This document shows positions 25,341 to 26,759 of a stretch of 26,759 nt of DNA, in pieces; position 1 is the first letter of the stretch; each line of letters starts with the position of its first letter. Both the position numbers and the translations under genes were made by a program. This DNA is from an uncultured Nitrospira sp. GTDB lineage: Bacteria > Nitrospirota > Nitrospiria > Nitrospirales > Nitrospiraceae. The DNA is taken from NCBI GenBank assembly GCA_964616355.1, contig CAZTUO010000001.1, positions 23,102-49,860 on the forward strand, read 5' to 3'. The notes beneath the pieces are model-generated. The model had not been told where the DNA came from and did no database searches. It saw only the letters and a program-made list of their open reading frames with translations.

Positions 25341-26269
25341 CGCACCCTCCCGAGGTACGCGGCGGTCACGCTCTCGCGCGAGTGCCCCAGGTCCTCCGCG
25401 ATCGTCATCCGGGCCACCGCGAGGCGGTCGCGACTGATCTGGTCCGTCTCCCCACCCCGCACCGGCGCGGGCGTGCCCGTCAGCTGCTCAAATCGCTCGG
25501 ATGCGTATTCGTGCCGCAGGCCGTGGCTCGTGATCCCGCGCGCCCGCGTGATCCCCTCCCGTTCGAGGACGTGGTAGTATTCGCGCCGGACCTGGGCGTA
25601 GGTCATCCCGTAGCGCGCCCCCTGGCCGAGGCTTTCGGCCCCGCTGGTGAGCGCCTTCGCCCGGTCCAGCGCGGCGCGTTGCTCAGGCGTCTCGATGCGC
25701 ACCACCCGATCCCGCCCCCCTTTCGTCCCGCGGTTCACATCTACGTATGATCCACGATCCGCGAGGTGCGGGCGGATCATGAGCGATTCCCGGACGCGCA
25801 AGCCGAATTCACGTTGCAGGCTCAGCGCCGCCGCGATGCGCGGATGCCGCTCCGCCAGCTGCGCGATCCGCTCCCGCGCGTCGATCCCCCGCGCCGACCA
25901 GCTCTTGTCCACACGCGCGGCGTACGTGCGCCGGGTCTCGGTCCGGTAGTCCCGTGCGATCTGGTCGACGAGGCCGGGCTTGCCGATCCACCCCGCGAAG
26001 GTGCGGAGCACACTCAGCCGATTCTGATATTCTGATCTACTCAGGTTCCGTTCGCGCCAGGCCTCGCAGAGCGCGCGGACATGCCGGCCGCCGAGGCTCC
26101 GCACGCTCGGCAGCTTGTACCCGAGCTCGCGAAGCTGCTTGAAGGCGGCGTACAGCACGTCGCTCCGCTTTTCCAGTGTCGCGGTACTCAAGACCCGCGC
26201 GCGATCATGCGAGATGCGGCCGTGGACGCGCAGCAGCGCCGCCAGCTCGCGTTTCCAGTCCGCTCCCAT
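25337..26269 (-). CDS. Second tyrosine-recombinase-family protein (Phage_int_SAM_2 + Integrase_1-like)
   Basis: FGLRVRES (R), GTKGGRDR (K), HGLRH (H, R), LGH (H), AAYLG (Y); N-terminal YQNRLSVLR SAM-like helix. ATG at 26269 is preferred over GTG at 26317. The Pfam assignment is from recall. Confidence 0.88.
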   Translation of the reverse strand: MGADWKRELAALLRVHGRISHDRARVLSTATLEKRSDVLYAAFKQLRELGYKLPSVRSLGGRHVRALCEAWRERNLSRSEYQNRLSVLRTFAGWIGKPGLVDQIARDYRTETRRTYAARVDKSWSARGIDARERIAQLAERHPRIAAALSLQREFGLRVRESLMIRPHLADRGSYVDVNRGTKGGRDRVVRIETPEQRAALDRAKALTSGAESLGQGARYGMTYAQVRREYYHVLEREGITRARGITSHGLRHEYASERFEQLTGTPAPVRGGETDQISRDRLAVARMTIAEDLGHSRESVTAAYLGRVR

Positions 26270-26759
26270 GATTTCGCCCTGACCGATCCCTCGCGCCGGC
26301 TCGCGATCGCCGCGCACAGGACAATTGCGCGCGATGGGGGTACGTGAATAGCTACGACCCCACTCGAGAGCGGTCCCCGCTCTACGAGTGCCCTCCTGCC
26401 CGGAGGGTGCTGGGTCTCCTTACTCCCGCGCCTGGCGTCACCGCGTCCGTGACGCTGCGCGCTGGGTGCAGCCTCTGCGCGATCGAGCCGTTACCCGTCT
26501 CGCACTCGCACAGGGCGACGTGTGCTCAGCTCGGCTTCTGAGCCTTCCCGCTCGCTTGATCGCGCGTCGCACTCACGATCAGCGTTTTCCCCCGATGCCG
26601 CCGCGTCCGGCCTGCCATCGCGGATTGCCACCCGGGCCGTTCGGGGGCGGGGAGTCCAGCGTCCGTCGCCGTGCTCGACGCACTGCCTGTCACGGATTGG
26701 CCTCACGCCCTGACGCTGCGACTCGCTCGCTCGCACACAGACGCGCTCGCGCGCGTTTC

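Larger units (their letters stand above)
23514..26759. mobile_element. Left end of a tRNA-Arg-targeted integrative element (IME, ICE or prophage); continues past the window
   Basis: Integrase and excisionase-like genes abut the tRNA 3' end. The crossover point is not determinable because the other att site is outside the window, so the start coordinate is a guess at the anticodon loop. Confidence 0.85.

Noticed and set aside
26344-26736. Short ORFs of 63-81 aa upstream of YR2
   Set aside because: No SD, low-complexity Arg/Ser/Ala composition and no motifs; treated as non-coding, with the caveat that the window ends here.

Overview
GC-rich bacterial chromosome segment. Nitrospirota/Nitrospira-like origin is an inference from gene content and the small conserved-looking ORFs and was not tested. 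Bases 1 to about 23.5 kb are mostly housekeeping and envelope genes: 5'-truncated rpsA, sppA, ihfB, a protein of four tandem PCP_red-like domains, an FG-GAP lipoprotein, a D,D-carboxypeptidase, a GNAT, a CynR-like LysR regulator divergent from a lipoprotein group I truncated haemoglobin, lipB-gdhA, an HtrA protease, an RpoD-like sigma factor, nfeD-SPFH-trkA, trmI-SDR, aroE-aroK and an RRM protein. A tRNA-Arg(UCG) at 23482-23558 is followed by the left end of an integrative element that runs off the window. That end is a tightly coupled minus-strand operon: a second, catalytically intact tyrosine recombinase, a CxxC/coiled-coil ORF, an excisionase-like HTH protein and the integrase. It is preceded by a hairpin-dense non-coding region of about 490 bp, and the integrase frame ends inside the antisense of the tRNA. 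This element is the best candidate here for an undescribed system. All family assignments are from motif recognition by eye; no database search was run.
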